Shown one piece after another: positions 28,808 through 39,751 of a stretch of 64,000 nucleotides of DNA. The stretch comes from an uncultured bacterium (GTDB taxonomy: Bacteria; Patescibacteriota; Patescibacteriia; CAIQCM01). The first letter of the stretch is position 1, and each line of letters begins with the position of its first letter. The stretch is taken from assembly GCA_963708045.1 (NCBI GenBank), contig OY970181.1, positions 3,740-67,739 of the forward strand, given 5' to 3'. The position numbers and the translations under genes were made by a program. The notes beneath the pieces were generated by a model. It had not been told where the DNA came from. It did no database searches and saw only the letters and a list, made by a program, of their open reading frames with translations.

Positions 28808-30886
28808 TTACTTTCTCTTCCCTTCAACAATCTGCGTCTCAACATTCTTTGGAACTTCGGCGTAGTGGGAGAATTCAATGGAGTAGCTGGCGCGGCCTTG
28901 GGTCATTGAACGCAAGGAGGTCGCGTAACCGAAGAGCTCGGAAAGTGGGACGTCGGCGTCAACGATCTTCATTCCGCTACGGTCACGCATTTCTTTAATC
29001 AGCGCGCGCTTGGAGTTAAGGTCGCCAATAACTTCACCCATATAGTTTTCCGGGGTAATAACTTCGGTCTTCATAATCGGTTCAAGAATCACAATGCCCG
29101 CCTTTTTTGCGGCATCCTGAACAGCCATAGAACCGGCAATTTTGAAAGCCATTTCGTTTGAGTCAACGTCGTGATACGAACCATCGGTCACGGTAACCTT
29201 GGTGTCAATCACGGGGTAACCGGCAAGAATACCGCGTTCAAGCGCTTCACCGGCGCCTTTTTCAATCGGCTTGATGAATTCTTTCGGAATAGATCCGCCA
29301 GTGGTTTCATCTTCAAACACATAACCAGAACCAACCACACCCGGTTCAACGTGCACATAGCAGTGACCATATTGACCGCGGCCGCCAGTTTGTTTGATGT
29401 ACTTACCTTCGCCATCGGCAGCTTTTTTAATGCGCTCTTTATAAGCAACCTGCGGCTGACCAACATTACATTCAACTTTAAATTCGCGCTTCATGCGGTC
29501 AACGATAATGTCTAGGTGCAATTCGCCCATGCCGGAAATAATAGTCTGCAAGGTTTCTTCGTCGCTTCTAACGCGGAAGGTCGGATCTTCCTCGGCGAGC
29601 TTGGAAAGGGCGATGCCCATTTTTTCTTGGTCAACTTTTGTTTTCGGTTCAATGGCGAGCGAAATAACCGGTTCAGGGAAGGTGAACTTTTCTAAGAGAA
29701 TCGGATTATTCTCGTCGCAAAGAGTGTGACCGGTATAAGTATTTTTCAAACCAACAGCGGCGGCAATGTCGCCCGAAAAAACTTCTTCAATATCTTCGCG
29801 TGTGTTGGCATGAAGTCGGACAATGCGACCAACGCGCTCGCGCTCGCCAGTTGCCGTGTTCAAGACATAAGAACCAGACTTAAGCATTCCGGAGTAGACG
29901 CGGAAAAAACAAAGTTTTCCAACGAAGGGATCGGCGGCGATCTTGAACATGATGGCCGTAAGCGGTTCGCTGTCGGTAAGTTTACGTTCAATTATTTTTT
30001 CGTGATCATCTGGGTCAGTTCCTTTAATAGAACCAATGTCGGCGGGTGATGGCAAATAGTCAACAATCGCGTCCAAGAGAAACTGCACGCCTTTGTTTTT
30101 AAGCGCCGAGCCGCAAAGCACGGGCACAAATTCAAATTTACACGTTCCTTTGCGGATCAACTTTTTCAATTCTTCTTCCGAAATTTCTTCGCCGGCCAAA
30201 AATTTATTCATTGCCGTTTCGTCCTGTTCAACAATTTTTTCAACCATCTTATTGCGCCATTCTTTGGCCAAATCAACCAAGTCGTCCGGAATTTCTTCTT
30301 CGCGAATATCCTTGCCCATTTCGTCGTAATAAACAAATGCCTTCATCTTGAGCAAGTCAACAATACCCTTAAACTTATCTTCCGTTCCAATCGGAAGCTG
30401 AAGTGGGAAAGCATTCTTGGTCAGACGATCGTGGATTGATTTAAGATCTTTATAAAAATCAGCACCGGTGCGGTCAAGCTTGTTAATAAAACAAACGCGC
30501 GGAACTTTATAGTCATCGGCATAGTGCCAGTTAGTTTCGGACTGCGGTTCTACGCCAGCAACGCCGTCAAAAATAACTGCCGCGCCGTCTAGCACACGGA
30601 GTGAGCGTTTCACTTCAACGGTAAAGTCAATGTGGCCGGGTGTATCAATCAGGTTAAGGCGGTGCCCTTTCCAAAAACAAGTGGTGGCGGCGGAAGTAAT
30701 CGTGATACCGCGTTCGCGCTCCTGTTCCATCCAGTCCATTGTTGTTTCACCTTCGTGCACCTCACCAATTTTGTGTTTCTTTCCTGTGTAATACAAAATG
30801 CGCTCGGAGCAAGTGGTTTTTCCGGCGTCAATGTGGGCAATAACTCCAAAGTTACGATATTTTTCAACTGGGTATTCGCGGGGCAT
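28808..30886 (-). CDS. fusA: Elongation factor G
   Basis: [34 protein letters not shown]. Confidence 0.98.
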   Translation of the reverse strand: MPREYPVEKYRNFGVIAHIDAGKTTCSERILYYTGKKHKIGEVHEGETTMDWMEQERERGITITSAATTCFWKGHRLNLIDTPGHIDFTVEVKRSLRVLDGAAVIFDGVAGVEPQSETNWHYADDYKVPRVCFINKLDRTGADFYKDLKSIHDRLTKNAFPLQLPIGTEDKFKGIVDLLKMKAFVYYDEMGKDIREEEIPDDLVDLAKEWRNKMVEKIVEQDETAMNKFLAGEEISEEELKKLIRKGTCKFEFVPVLCGSALKNKGVQFLLDAIVDYLPSPADIGSIKGTDPDDHEKIIERKLTDSEPLTAIMFKIAADPFVGKLCFFRVYSGMLKSGSYVLNTATGERERVGRIVRLHANTREDIEEVFSGDIAAAVGLKNTYTGHTLCDENNPILLEKFTFPEPVISLAIEPKTKVDQEKMGIALSKLAEEDPTFRVRSDEETLQTIISGMGELHLDIIVDRMKREFKVECNVGQPQVAYKERIKKAADGEGKYIKQTGGRGQYGHCYVHVEPGVVGSGYVFEDETTGGSIPKEFIKPIEKGAGEALERGILAGYPVIDTKVTVTDGSYHDVDSNEMAFKIAGSMAVQDAAKKAGIVILEPIMKTEVITPENYMGEVIGDLNSKRALIKEMRDRSGMKIVDADVPLSELFGYATSLRSMTQGRASYSIEFSHYAEVPKNVETQIVEGKRK

Positions 30887-30894
30887 AAAAAAAA

Positions 30895-30963
30895 TAGGGT
30901 TTAGGGTAGAGGGTTTAGGGTTTAGACGTTTTGCTAACCCCTATACCCTCTACCCTAACCCTG
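30895..30963. repeat. Period-7 inverted array (TTTAGGG/CCCTA family) with a G-quadruplex motif on each strand
   Basis: TAGGGTT TAGGGTA GAGGGTT TAGGGTT TAG-N8-CTAACCC CTATACC CTCTACC CTAACCC. Confidence 0.85.
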
Positions 30964-30979
30964 GATATTTATATTTTAT

Positions 30980-31450
30980 TTAAAATTTAGCAAAGTGGGC
31001 AAAGGCGCGGTTAGCGTCAGCCATACGATGAACATCGGCGCGCTTTTTAACGGCTGTGCCTTCGTTATTGGCGGCAGAAACCAATTCTTCGGCGATCTTT
31101 TGCGCCATTGGTTTTCCCTTGTGCGACTTAGCCGCTTCAATCATCCAACGGAAAGCAAGCGACAAACGGCGTTCGCCGCGAACTGGAATCGGGATCTGGT
31201 AGTTGGCGCCGCCGACACGACGAGACTTAACTTCAATCGTCGGGGAAACATTTTTAATAGCTTCTTCAAAAATTTCAACAGCTGGTTTGCCGGACTTTTC
31301 GGCCATAATATCAAAAGCGTCGTAAACAACGCGAGTTGCGACGGTTTTTTTGCCACCCTCCATTATGTAATTTATAAACTTTGACACCGTTTCGTTTGAA
31401 AACTTCGGGTCAGGTTGAATAACGCGTTTTGGAGCTTTTTTATGACGCAT
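30980..31450 (-). CDS. rpsG: 30S ribosomal protein S7
   Basis: EVKSRRVGGANYQ, HRMADANRAFAH. Confidence 0.97.
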   Translation of the reverse strand: MRHKKAPKRVIQPDPKFSNETVSKFINYIMEGGKKTVATRVVYDAFDIMAEKSGKPAVEIFEEAIKNVSPTIEVKSRRVGGANYQIPIPVRGERRLSLAFRWMIEAAKSHKGKPMAQKIAEELVSAANNEGTAVKKRADVHRMADANRAFAHFAKF

Positions 31451-31461
31451 ATTTTATAAGA

Positions 31462-31881
31462 TTATCCTTTGGGGCGCTTAGCACCGTAAATTGAACGGCT
31501 GCGCTTGCGGTTGGCAACGCCTTGAGTATCGTAAATGCCACGAACAATGTGATAGCGAACACCAGGAAGATCTTTAACGCGGCCGCCGCGGATCATCACA
31601 ATGGAGTGCTCTTGAAGGTTGTGTCCTTCGCCAGGAATGTAAGCCGTAACTTCAACGCCGTTGCTCAAACGAACACGAGCAATTTTTCGGAGCGCTGAGT
31701 TTGGTTTTTTCGGCGTCGTTGTCGTTACCTTAACGCAAACGCCGCGCTTAAAAGACGCTCCCTTTTTAAGGTAGGTCTTGGTGCGAGCAATCGTGTTGTT
31801 CACAAATTGCAAAGCCGGAGTCTTTGACTTATGGGGTTCAATTTTTCGTCCTTTGCGGACAAGTTGGTTAATCGTTGGCAT
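31462..31881 (-). CDS. rpsL: 30S ribosomal protein S12
   Basis: [33 protein letters not shown]. Confidence 0.98.
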   Translation of the reverse strand: MPTINQLVRKGRKIEPHKSKTPALQFVNNTIARTKTYLKKGASFKRGVCVKVTTTTPKKPNSALRKIARVRLSNGVEVTAYIPGEGHNLQEHSIVMIRGGRVKDLPGVRYHIVRGIYDTQGVANRKRSRSIYGAKRPKG

Positions 31882-32001
31882 AGTTTAGAATAAAAATAAA
31901 CGACCGTTGCGTTTGAATGGAGATTATCATAGCCGCTTTTTCCCGTCAATACCGCACTTATCTGAATTGGGCAATATGATTTTAAGCCAAAAAACTCTTG
32001 T

Positions 32002-35000
32002 TTATTTAACAATTATCACGCCAGACCCTTTTTCAAGTTTTTTAAAAAGCAAATACTTCTCTCCAACTTTGATCCTGACAAATTTATTGTTAATAATCTC
32101 GCTTTTAGGAATATTAATTACACCGCCATATTTTTCCTTCAGGGCGTTGCCTTGTGCGAGCATCTCCCGCTCTTCCTTTCTCACAGCACTATCAAGCGCG
32201 TTAAAATCTATTTCAAACTTTCGGCCACGAAGACCAAAGTGGTCAATGATATTGCGCTGACCTTTGAGTTTGGCTTCAGTCTTCTTAAATTTTAGACCGG
32301 CATAATCTTTAACATCGATCTTATCAAGGACACTCTCCGGTGAATTGTTAAAATCGGCGACTTTTTCCAGTGTTATTACGCGCGATCGATATTCGTCGCC
32401 CTCAGCAACCTCGCCGGAATATTCATCAACGATCTTGAAACCCAACCCCTCGGCGAATTCATGAAATTTTGAAACATCACGTAGATCGAGACTATAGATA
32501 AAACTTATCACCGCTCGACCTCCCGGCTTTAAAACGCGATTGGCTTCTTTAAGCACTTCAAGACGTTCAAGCTTGCCTCTGCTTGGAACAAAGCTTGAGT
32601 AATGCAACGCCAAGGCCAGATTAAGATAATCAAACGACTTGTCCGCGAAAGGCAGCTCGCGCCAGCTGGCAACCGCGCTCTGTACTACCTGCTCCTCTTT
32701 CGCCCTTAAATGATACTTATTCGCGTCAACGCTAATTACCCGTTTCTGCAAAGCATCGCCGATATGCTGACGCAACATTTCGGGGCCGGAAGCTACGTCA
32801 AGAATACGCGTTTCTTCGGGCTTACCGCCGCGCTCTTTTAACATTGAGCCGACTAGCGTACCAGCGACACGATTAGCGTTGGCCTGATAACTGCGATTTC
32901 CAAGATCAAGATAGCAGTCGGCATAGTCCTTGCCGTACTCTGACAAAAATTCTCTGAAGCCCTCTTCTCCAATCTCTTTCACGTGCGCAAAGATCCGCAT
33001 CAGTTTATCCCACGACGAGAAATAATACTCTGCTAACTCCCTGCCAACCTCTAAATCGGGATTAGCACTTTGTTCGTCTTCTCTTAAGAGTTGCTTTTCC
33101 AGTTCTTGAATAGGAATGCCGTGAAGTAATTTTTCAATTGCCTGGTATTTCCGTCCGATATACTCGTGGATCCCCTCTTCAAGGGTATTTTTAGTAACAA
33201 AGGTGCGAACGGCGAGGTCGTGCTTCAAGCCCGGTCGGTATACTCGCGACACTTGTTGACGACGATCATATTCCGTCCATGGCTCGTTGTATGTAAAGAC
33301 AGTTTCGGCGGAAGTAAAATCAACACCAACATCGGCTGTCTGGCCGCTCACGACCAAAAGCATCTTACCGGTCGTTTCCCTGAATTTTTTTTGAATTTCT
33401 TCACGTTCGCCGCGATTGCCGCCATGAACAACCATAACCTCGACATCTTGAGGCAGACCGAATTTTGTGATGATATTATCTTTCCCACGAATAACGCCTT
33501 CAATATAACCGTTCACGAATAAAACAGCTTTGTTGTTTTTTGCAAAGCATTCGCGTAAATCATTACCAACTCTTTCAATTTTCGCACTGCGAATTCCCGG
33601 CGTGGCGTCTAATAAGTCCGGGTTCATTAGGAACTGCCGCAACATGGACATTTTCTGTGCCGCCTCTAATTCATCGTCTTCAAGGAGAACTTCATATATA
33701 TCCGTTTCCATTGGTGACAACTCGGTTTCAACTTTCTCCTCACTTAACGCAGGCATCTCCACCCCCTCTTCCAATTTCTTCGCCTGCATACGCGGCAATA
33801 ACAATGACCGCAGATCAACAAGGTCGCCTTGGATTATTTGCCGAACCAGGTCACGATCGTCCCAAGTCGCGAATTTTTCTGGATAAAGTAATTTCAAAGA
33901 GATAGCGATATCTTCGACTTTATTTGGCGCTGGCGTACCGGAGAGCAAGGCTAAATACTTACCTTCGCCTTCAACTTTTTTAGACAGTTCAATCAACTCG
34001 TTTGTCCTTTGTCCTTCCAAATTTTTCAATTTATGAACCTCATCAACAACCAGCATGTCGTATTCCAATGATGCTAGCGCTTGGCTATACCGTTCATTCA
34101 TGCGCTCTTGAGACATAAGCACATAATCGTATTGATCAGCAGTTACTCCGACTAAATCCTCAACCGAAGATACCTCCAAAACTCTCGGTGCTTCGCCGCT
34201 CTTAAAATACCCGCCGTCTTCGCCGCGATCGGACAAATACCGCCTCCAGGTAGAAACAACGTTGCTTGGCGCAACAACCAAAGCACAACCGATGCCAAGC
34301 TGTTCTTTAGCCATGATAACGGAAGCACTTTTTCCAAGACCCATTTCATCGGCGATCAAAAGCCGCCTTTTTTCCGCCAACTCCTTCATATTGATGCGCT
34401 GATTGATATCGGGAAATTCCCTGTTCGGATCAAGCGAATTGAACGAACCGCTCGGGTTTACGGAAATCTTTAAGGACGGAATCGTAATAGCGAATAACGT
34501 CTTGAATAACATCATCCAGGTCTTTGTTGTTTAGGTGATGAAATTTTTCGAACGATCTCATCCAGATAATCATAAATTATATCTTGACTCGTCCTATTTG
34601 GATCTTTGCGCCGTTGTTCAAAATAATAGCTCAAACAATGCTCCTTGAGCGCTTCAAACAATCCTTCGCGCAAAGACAGGTCGGAAAGATATTCAACAGC
34701 AACTCCGATATTATCTAAGGTAAATTTTTGCGACTTGACCAAAAAATCGCCGAGGTAATCTGCCAAAATTCCTTTGACATATTCCGGCGGTAAGCCTTTG
34801 TATTCGGGACGGAATTTATAGAGAATATCTAAGGCGTGTGAGCCGCCCAGTACACCGACGAGAACTTGAAATTTTTTTGAATCCACCGATTCACCAACCG
34901 AAAGATCAGAAACAAAAGATTCAATAGAAATACTCGCATTTTTCTTTTCACTTTTTTTATAACATTCATCTTTAATCAACTCTATCAATTCTGGACTCAA

Positions 35001-36711
35001 AAACTCTGTGACAAAGCCGTTCCTGCGAAATTTCTTATACCATTCCTGATGTGCGGACCGATACCTGTCAGCAATTTTTTTGATTGCATCCCTCTTGGCA
35101 AAACCGATTCTACTCAACTCGAAAATATTCATCCAATCGTCTGGTGCTACCTCAAACCGTCCGAGATCCGAACGAATCGCCTCAATCAAATCGGGATGAA
35201 AATATTCAACCTTTCCACCAGCGGCTGGCCAATACTTCCTGAACCATTCCGGATGGGCCGCGCGATATTTTTCAGCTGCTTTCCATATGGATCCACGCGA
35301 CCCAATACCGGTTTTGCTTAAAGCAAATACATGCATCCACCCCTCCGGCGGCCTCTCCTTCCCCTCCAATTCATCACTGATAATTTTAACTAAATCTGGG
35401 TGAAAATATTCCAATTCAGGACTGCCAGGTGCCCAATATTTCTTGAGCCATTCCGGATTAGACACACGATACCTTTCTGCTATTGGCGTAATCACATTCT
35501 GCCCGCCGACACCAGTCTTTACGACGTCAAAAACCGTTTTCCACCCTGTGGGCGGTTTTTTCCTGCTTCGTAGTATCGCAATAATTATAGCGACTAATTC
35601 AGGGTGAAAATGTTCAATTTTTAATCCTGTTACGGTCTTGTATTCCTTGAACCATTCCGGATGACTTGTCCTATATGGCCCAACGATCCTATTTATTATT
35701 TTGTCGCCCCCTGTTTCTAAAACACTAATTTGACTCCTATTCATCCAGCCATCGGGTGCAAATTCGAATTTATTTAACTCTTGCCTAATGATTTCGACCA
35801 GATTCGGGTGCAAATATTCGCCGCTCGGGCCCTTTATAGGCCAAAACTCCTTGAACCATTCCGGATGCTCTGCACGATGCTGTTCGGCGTGTTTATTAAT
35901 CGTATCCCTGGATCCAATGCCAGTTTTACTTAAAGCAAATGCATTCATCCATCCCTCCGGTGCCCTTTCCCGTCCCTCTAACTCAGAACGAATTATCGCT
36001 ATCAGATCGGGGTGTAGATATTCGGTAGCAGAACCGGTTTCGGGATAAAAAAATTTAAACCATTCAGGGTGATCGTCCCGATATCTCGCCGCGATACTGT
36101 CAATCGTATCCCTGGATCCAATGCCAGTTTTACTTAAAGCAAATGCATTCATCCATCCCTCCGGTGCCCTTTCCCGTCCCTCTAACTCAGAACGAATTAT
36201 CGCTATCAGATCGGGGTGTAGATATTCCAAAAACCTACCTTCCTCGGTCCGAAAAAGCTTTAACCATTCTGGATGCTCTTTTTTGTATTTTTCAGCTATG
36301 TGCCTAATAACATAATCCTCTACTTTCAAGAGGCTCACCAGATCAATAAGTTTAACCCAGTCTTTGGGAACCTTGTTTGTTTCGAAAATCATTTTTAATC
36401 AATAAAACCAGTTCAGGACTATACTCAATTCTAATCCCCCGCCCTGTTTCAATTTTACGGAACCATTCCGGATGTCCAGCTCCGAGTTTATTGGCCAATT
36501 TTCCGATCGTGTAGAAATCAGAATTAAAAAACAGAGAGAGATGATAGGTCGTTTCCCATTTTTCGTTTTCACCAACTTCAACATTATTTTCTGTATTTGA
36601 AAAACCTGATTTGCCGATCTTAAAAACCGATTCATCACTCTTTTGTGGCTGCCCCGTATCGGATCCGTCGTTTTCCACGTCCGGCCGCCATTTTCCCTCA
36701 CCTTCAGACAT
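32002..36711 (-). CDS. Large protein with 8 x 68-aa repeats + SNF2-family ATPase + class I SAM methyltransferase; three apparent +1 frameshifts (near 36385, 34551, 34442)
   Basis: ORFs 36352-36711, 34512-36392 and 32002-34515 join via an intervening open frame (EKFHHLNNKDLDDVIQDVIRYYDSVLKDFRKPERFV). SNF2 motifs LIADEMGLGKS, DEVH, SGTP, GVDFT..EPW..Q..SRVYRPG. MTase motifs ILDVASGP, LPFADKSFD, RVLKPGG. Confidence 0.8.
35898..36227. repeat. Identical 126-bp direct repeat (35898-36023 and 36102-36227), period 204 bp
   Basis: Identical nucleotide blocks exactly one 68-aa repeat apart. Confidence 0.9.
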
Positions 36712-36870
36712 AAAAAATATCTCATTCTTTAAGGTATATTTTTATCACGAAACCCAAAAAAACACTAGCGATTACATAAAATTTTTCCTTGCGAAGATTT
36801 GCCGGACCAGATAATCGTCAATATTTTTGTTTCTAAACCGAGCCTGGTTTTTGCCAAACAAAATTAAATG

Positions 36871-37444
36871 AAAACCGCCAGCTAAACGCTGGCGGTTTCG
36901 TGCTTACCGGCTTAACGCCGGATTTTACTGAAGAGGCTTGGTTGCTCAAGTGTTATTTGGTGATGACTTTGATTCTGAACATATTTTTTAACCGCCTCCT
37001 CATTCACCCCAACGGTGGATACGAAGTAGCCTCTGGCCCAAAGAACACCTTTGGGAAACTTTTTGGTTTTCTTTTTTATCCAACCTGATGTTTTCGCTTT
37101 CAGAATTTGGATGACATACGCGATGGAGTATTTGGGCGGGATGCCGATGTGGAGATGGATGTGCTCATCACCAATGTGCCAAGCATAGATCTTCAAGCCT
37201 TTCCATTGGGCTATTTGGTTGAACATTCGCTTCAGCTCTTGTTTAATGAAGTTGTCCGCCAATACCTTGCCACGGTACTTTGGAGCCCAGACTATATGAT
37301 AGCTGCAGTGATATGTGCAGTGATCTAATTGGCATAGTTGATGGTTTCTGGACATAAAATCACCTCCTTTCTCGGGAGGTTATTTTATCTTATGGACAAG
37401 AGCTACGCTTTTAAACGCACTCGCCAGCTAAACGCTGGCGGTTT
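36871..37444 (-). mobile_element. IS200/IS605-family element, tnpA only
   Basis: The same hairpin CGCCAGC-TAAAC-GCTGGCG-GTTT on both sides of tnpA. Confidence 0.85.
36912..37355 (-). CDS. tnpA: IS200-family Y1 HUH transposase
   Basis: YHIVWAPKYR, DEHIHL (HUH), PPKYS, LWARGYFVSTVG, YVQNQ. Confidence 0.95.
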   Translation of the reverse strand: MSRNHQLCQLDHCTYHCSYHIVWAPKYRGKVLADNFIKQELKRMFNQIAQWKGLKIYAWHIGDEHIHLHIGIPPKYSIAYVIQILKAKTSGWIKKKTKKFPKGVLWARGYFVSTVGVNEEAVKKYVQNQSHHQITLEQPSLFSKIRR

Positions 37445-37457
37445 ATCGTTTATAATG

Positions 37458-37497
37458 AAAAACCCCACGACTCTCTCCGCAGAGAGTCGTGGGGTTG
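37458..37497 (-). terminator. Intrinsic terminator
   Basis: AACCCCACGACTCTCT-CCGC-AGAGAGTCGTGGGGTT with T-run on the minus strand. Confidence 0.75.
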
Positions 37498-37509
37498 TTG
37501 CGATCTTGG

Positions 37510-38475
37510 CTAGGCTATTTTTGATTTTTTCTTAAGCCCAATACACGCACGCTCGGCGTCGGCGAGACGATAGTAAAACTGCGATCTTCCTCCTTTTTCT
37601 TTTGCTCTAAACGGAACAAGGTTATGTTTATTAGCCCTGAACCGTAGCGTTATATAGCAAACACCCATTTTCCGTGAAAGAGCTTTCAACGTACCTACAA
37701 CTTCATCCTGAAAAGTGAAACAGCCGTCTTTGTCAGCTAAGTCAGTAAGCGCTATTTCCAGAACAGGAGTTGCGGCGTTTTGATTTCTCTTTCTTGACCC
37801 CACCAGATCCAAAGATGTATCAACCTCTTCCTTATCACTGTCGTCATCCCGCTCTTCGTCATCATCCACCGTTGTTTCAGTGGCCGAAAGACTTGATTTC
37901 ACTTCGGGAACAACAGCAATCATTTCCCAAGGCTCCCTCCCAACAATCAACCCCTGTTGTCTAAGCTCGTTCAAAATTACCCTACCATCCGAATGAGCAA
38001 GTCTCGCACGCGCGGAAAGAACTGTGAGTGGTGCACTAATACTTCTAAGTCTGTTCGGTAAAACAACAACATGCTCACAGAGTAGTGCAAACGACTGTTC
38101 AACGGACAACGGCTTGGGTTTGATTTCATCTTCCGGTGAAGCCGAGTGTCTCCACTTGCCTTGGTCAGGATCGATTTTCAACTGTCTGCTCCCCGCCTTT
38201 CGCATTCGCGAAGATAGCCTTTCAAGCGCAGTACCAACACTCTCAGCCGTTCTGTTTGTCTTTCTAACCGATCGTTCGTCCGGTGAACACTTGCCACACA
38301 GACACCCTTTGGTGTCTGTTATATGACCAACAACGGAGCATTTTTTACAGCGACGGGTCGCGGCGCAACAACCTGAGCATGCCCGCGGCCTCTGTTCTTT
38401 TTCGCAATCGTTAACTCCGATTAAAGCTCCCGCCAATAAACAATAGACCGTGACCAGTTCTTGATTTCCTTCCAC
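37510..38475 (-). CDS. Hypothetical protein with Cys-rich N-terminus
   Basis: GTG start after AGGAGG; CSGC, CKKC, CGKC motifs; acidic linker; basic C-terminus. Confidence 0.65.
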   Translation of the reverse strand: MEGNQELVTVYCLLAGALIGVNDCEKEQRPRACSGCCAATRRCKKCSVVGHITDTKGCLCGKCSPDERSVRKTNRTAESVGTALERLSSRMRKAGSRQLKIDPDQGKWRHSASPEDEIKPKPLSVEQSFALLCEHVVVLPNRLRSISAPLTVLSARARLAHSDGRVILNELRQQGLIVGREPWEMIAVVPEVKSSLSATETTVDDDEERDDDSDKEEVDTSLDLVGSRKRNQNAATPVLEIALTDLADKDGCFTFQDEVVGTLKALSRKMGVCYITLRFRANKHNLVPFRAKEKGGRSQFYYRLADAERACIGLKKKSKIA

Positions 38476-38542
38476 AGGAGCCTCCTTTCTTTGGTTTGAA
38501 GTTGAACCCGGGCGCAATCGTTCTGCGCCCAGGCAAATAGGA

Positions 38543-39628
38543 TCAACGTGCGTAAACAGACGCAACAACTTTCCCAAGACGATCAATCCTATCAACAATT
38601 CCGTCTATGTCGTCATATGTCAATCCCAACTCTTTGGACGCCACATGGATTGCTTGGAGTTCAATTTGGCGAACCCGTTCGCGAGTTATTTTAAAACGAT
38701 GCCCGATTTCTTCCAACGTTAATTGCTCGCATTCACCCAGACCGAAACGCAAATACATAATCGCTTGGGTTCGCCGACCCAACCGCCCAAACACCGCCTC
38801 AATGCGATCTAGCGCCAAAAGATTTTCCCGAAGCAAGCGACTGGCTTCAACAATTGTTTCCGGATCAGCTGACGGATCGCCCAAAACATCGCCGTAAGTA
38901 TCGCCACCCTCACCCTCATCGCCCTGCAGCCGCCGATTGAGCGACCAGTACTGTTGGATTATGTAACGCATACAGCTTGCTACCTGGCGCAGGGTTATCT
39001 GCTCATTCATCTTTCCGCCAGAGCCTCTGATTCTCGTGCATATCTGCATTGGATCAGGAAGCACTCCGCACGCTTTGTAATAATCCTCCATCGCTTTTCC
39101 AATCGTAAAAAGCGTATCTTGCAGATGGACAGGAAAACGCATCGGACGAAGTTGGCTCGTGTTTCTTATGGCTCTCGTAATCCCTTGTCTGACCCACCAA
39201 ACTGCGTAGGTGGCAAACTTGAATCCGCGTTCACACTCGTACTTTTCTGTCGCCCTCATTAGTCCAATGAATCCAGCCTGAAGCAAATCAGAAAACGAAA
39301 CGCCGCAATTTGGATACTTTTTAGCGATGTATACAACCAGCTTCATTGACCGAAGCAAGATAGTGTCGCGGATTCTTCTCTTCTCCACTTCGGACGAAGC
39401 CGCGTGCATTCGCGTAAACAATTGAACTTGTTCTTCGCGATCATCCAAAGTTGGGAGACCGCGCGCCGATGACAAAAATGCCGTCACCTCGCTTCTATCT
39501 GGGCCGCAAATTTGCGCTACCGCACTTTCAACATCACTAAAATCTATTTCTTCATTACCAACCTCAAGCTCGCTAGGCACCAAGTCGTCTAAAACAAGAT
39601 CGGTAAGTTCAGCAAGATTGTTTCCCAT
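38543..39628 (-). CDS. Divergent RpoD/SigA-like sigma70 factor
   Basis: Region 2 DLLQAG.IGL.RA.EKY...RGFKFATYAVWWVRQ.I.RAI; RFPVH; region 4 RFGL...LTLEEIG..F.ITRERVRQIE. Confidence 0.92.
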   Translation of the reverse strand: MGNNLAELTDLVLDDLVPSELEVGNEEIDFSDVESAVAQICGPDRSEVTAFLSSARGLPTLDDREEQVQLFTRMHAASSEVEKRRIRDTILLRSMKLVVYIAKKYPNCGVSFSDLLQAGFIGLMRATEKYECERGFKFATYAVWWVRQGITRAIRNTSQLRPMRFPVHLQDTLFTIGKAMEDYYKACGVLPDPMQICTRIRGSGGKMNEQITLRQVASCMRYIIQQYWSLNRRLQGDEGEGGDTYGDVLGDPSADPETIVEASRLLRENLLALDRIEAVFGRLGRRTQAIMYLRFGLGECEQLTLEEIGHRFKITRERVRQIELQAIHVASKELGLTYDDIDGIVDRIDRLGKVVASVYAR

Positions 39629-39700
39629 TGTTTCCCCCTCCGCCCAAATGGACGGTTAAGACGTTTAAATTACTGCAAATTGTAAACGAACTATCGCAAA

Positions 39701-39729
39701 AATATACTTGTGAAAAGTATTTTTGTCAA
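39701..39729 (-). promoter_or_regulatory. sigma70-type promoter of the sigma factor gene
   Basis: TTGACA-N17-TATATT. Confidence 0.7.
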
Positions 39730-39751
39730 TAAGCGCTCTCACGCGGTTTGT

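Noticed and set aside
30895-30925. TTTAGGG as plant telomere contamination or a linear chromosome end
   Set aside because: Only a few degenerate units, embedded between rpsG and fusA and part of the wider heptamer family.
13357-31384. Many plus-strand ORFs across the ribosomal protein cluster
   Set aside because: Antisense or alternate-frame shadows of conserved genes with no recognisable motifs.
34439-36385. Programmed +1 ribosomal frameshifting (TTT CGA, GTT CGA, GTT CAA) as the main explanation of the helicase-fusion breaks
   Set aside because: The contexts resemble viral +1 sites, but three serial low-efficiency shifts would give almost no product; the shared TCGA context is more parsimonious. 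Not fully excluded without reads.
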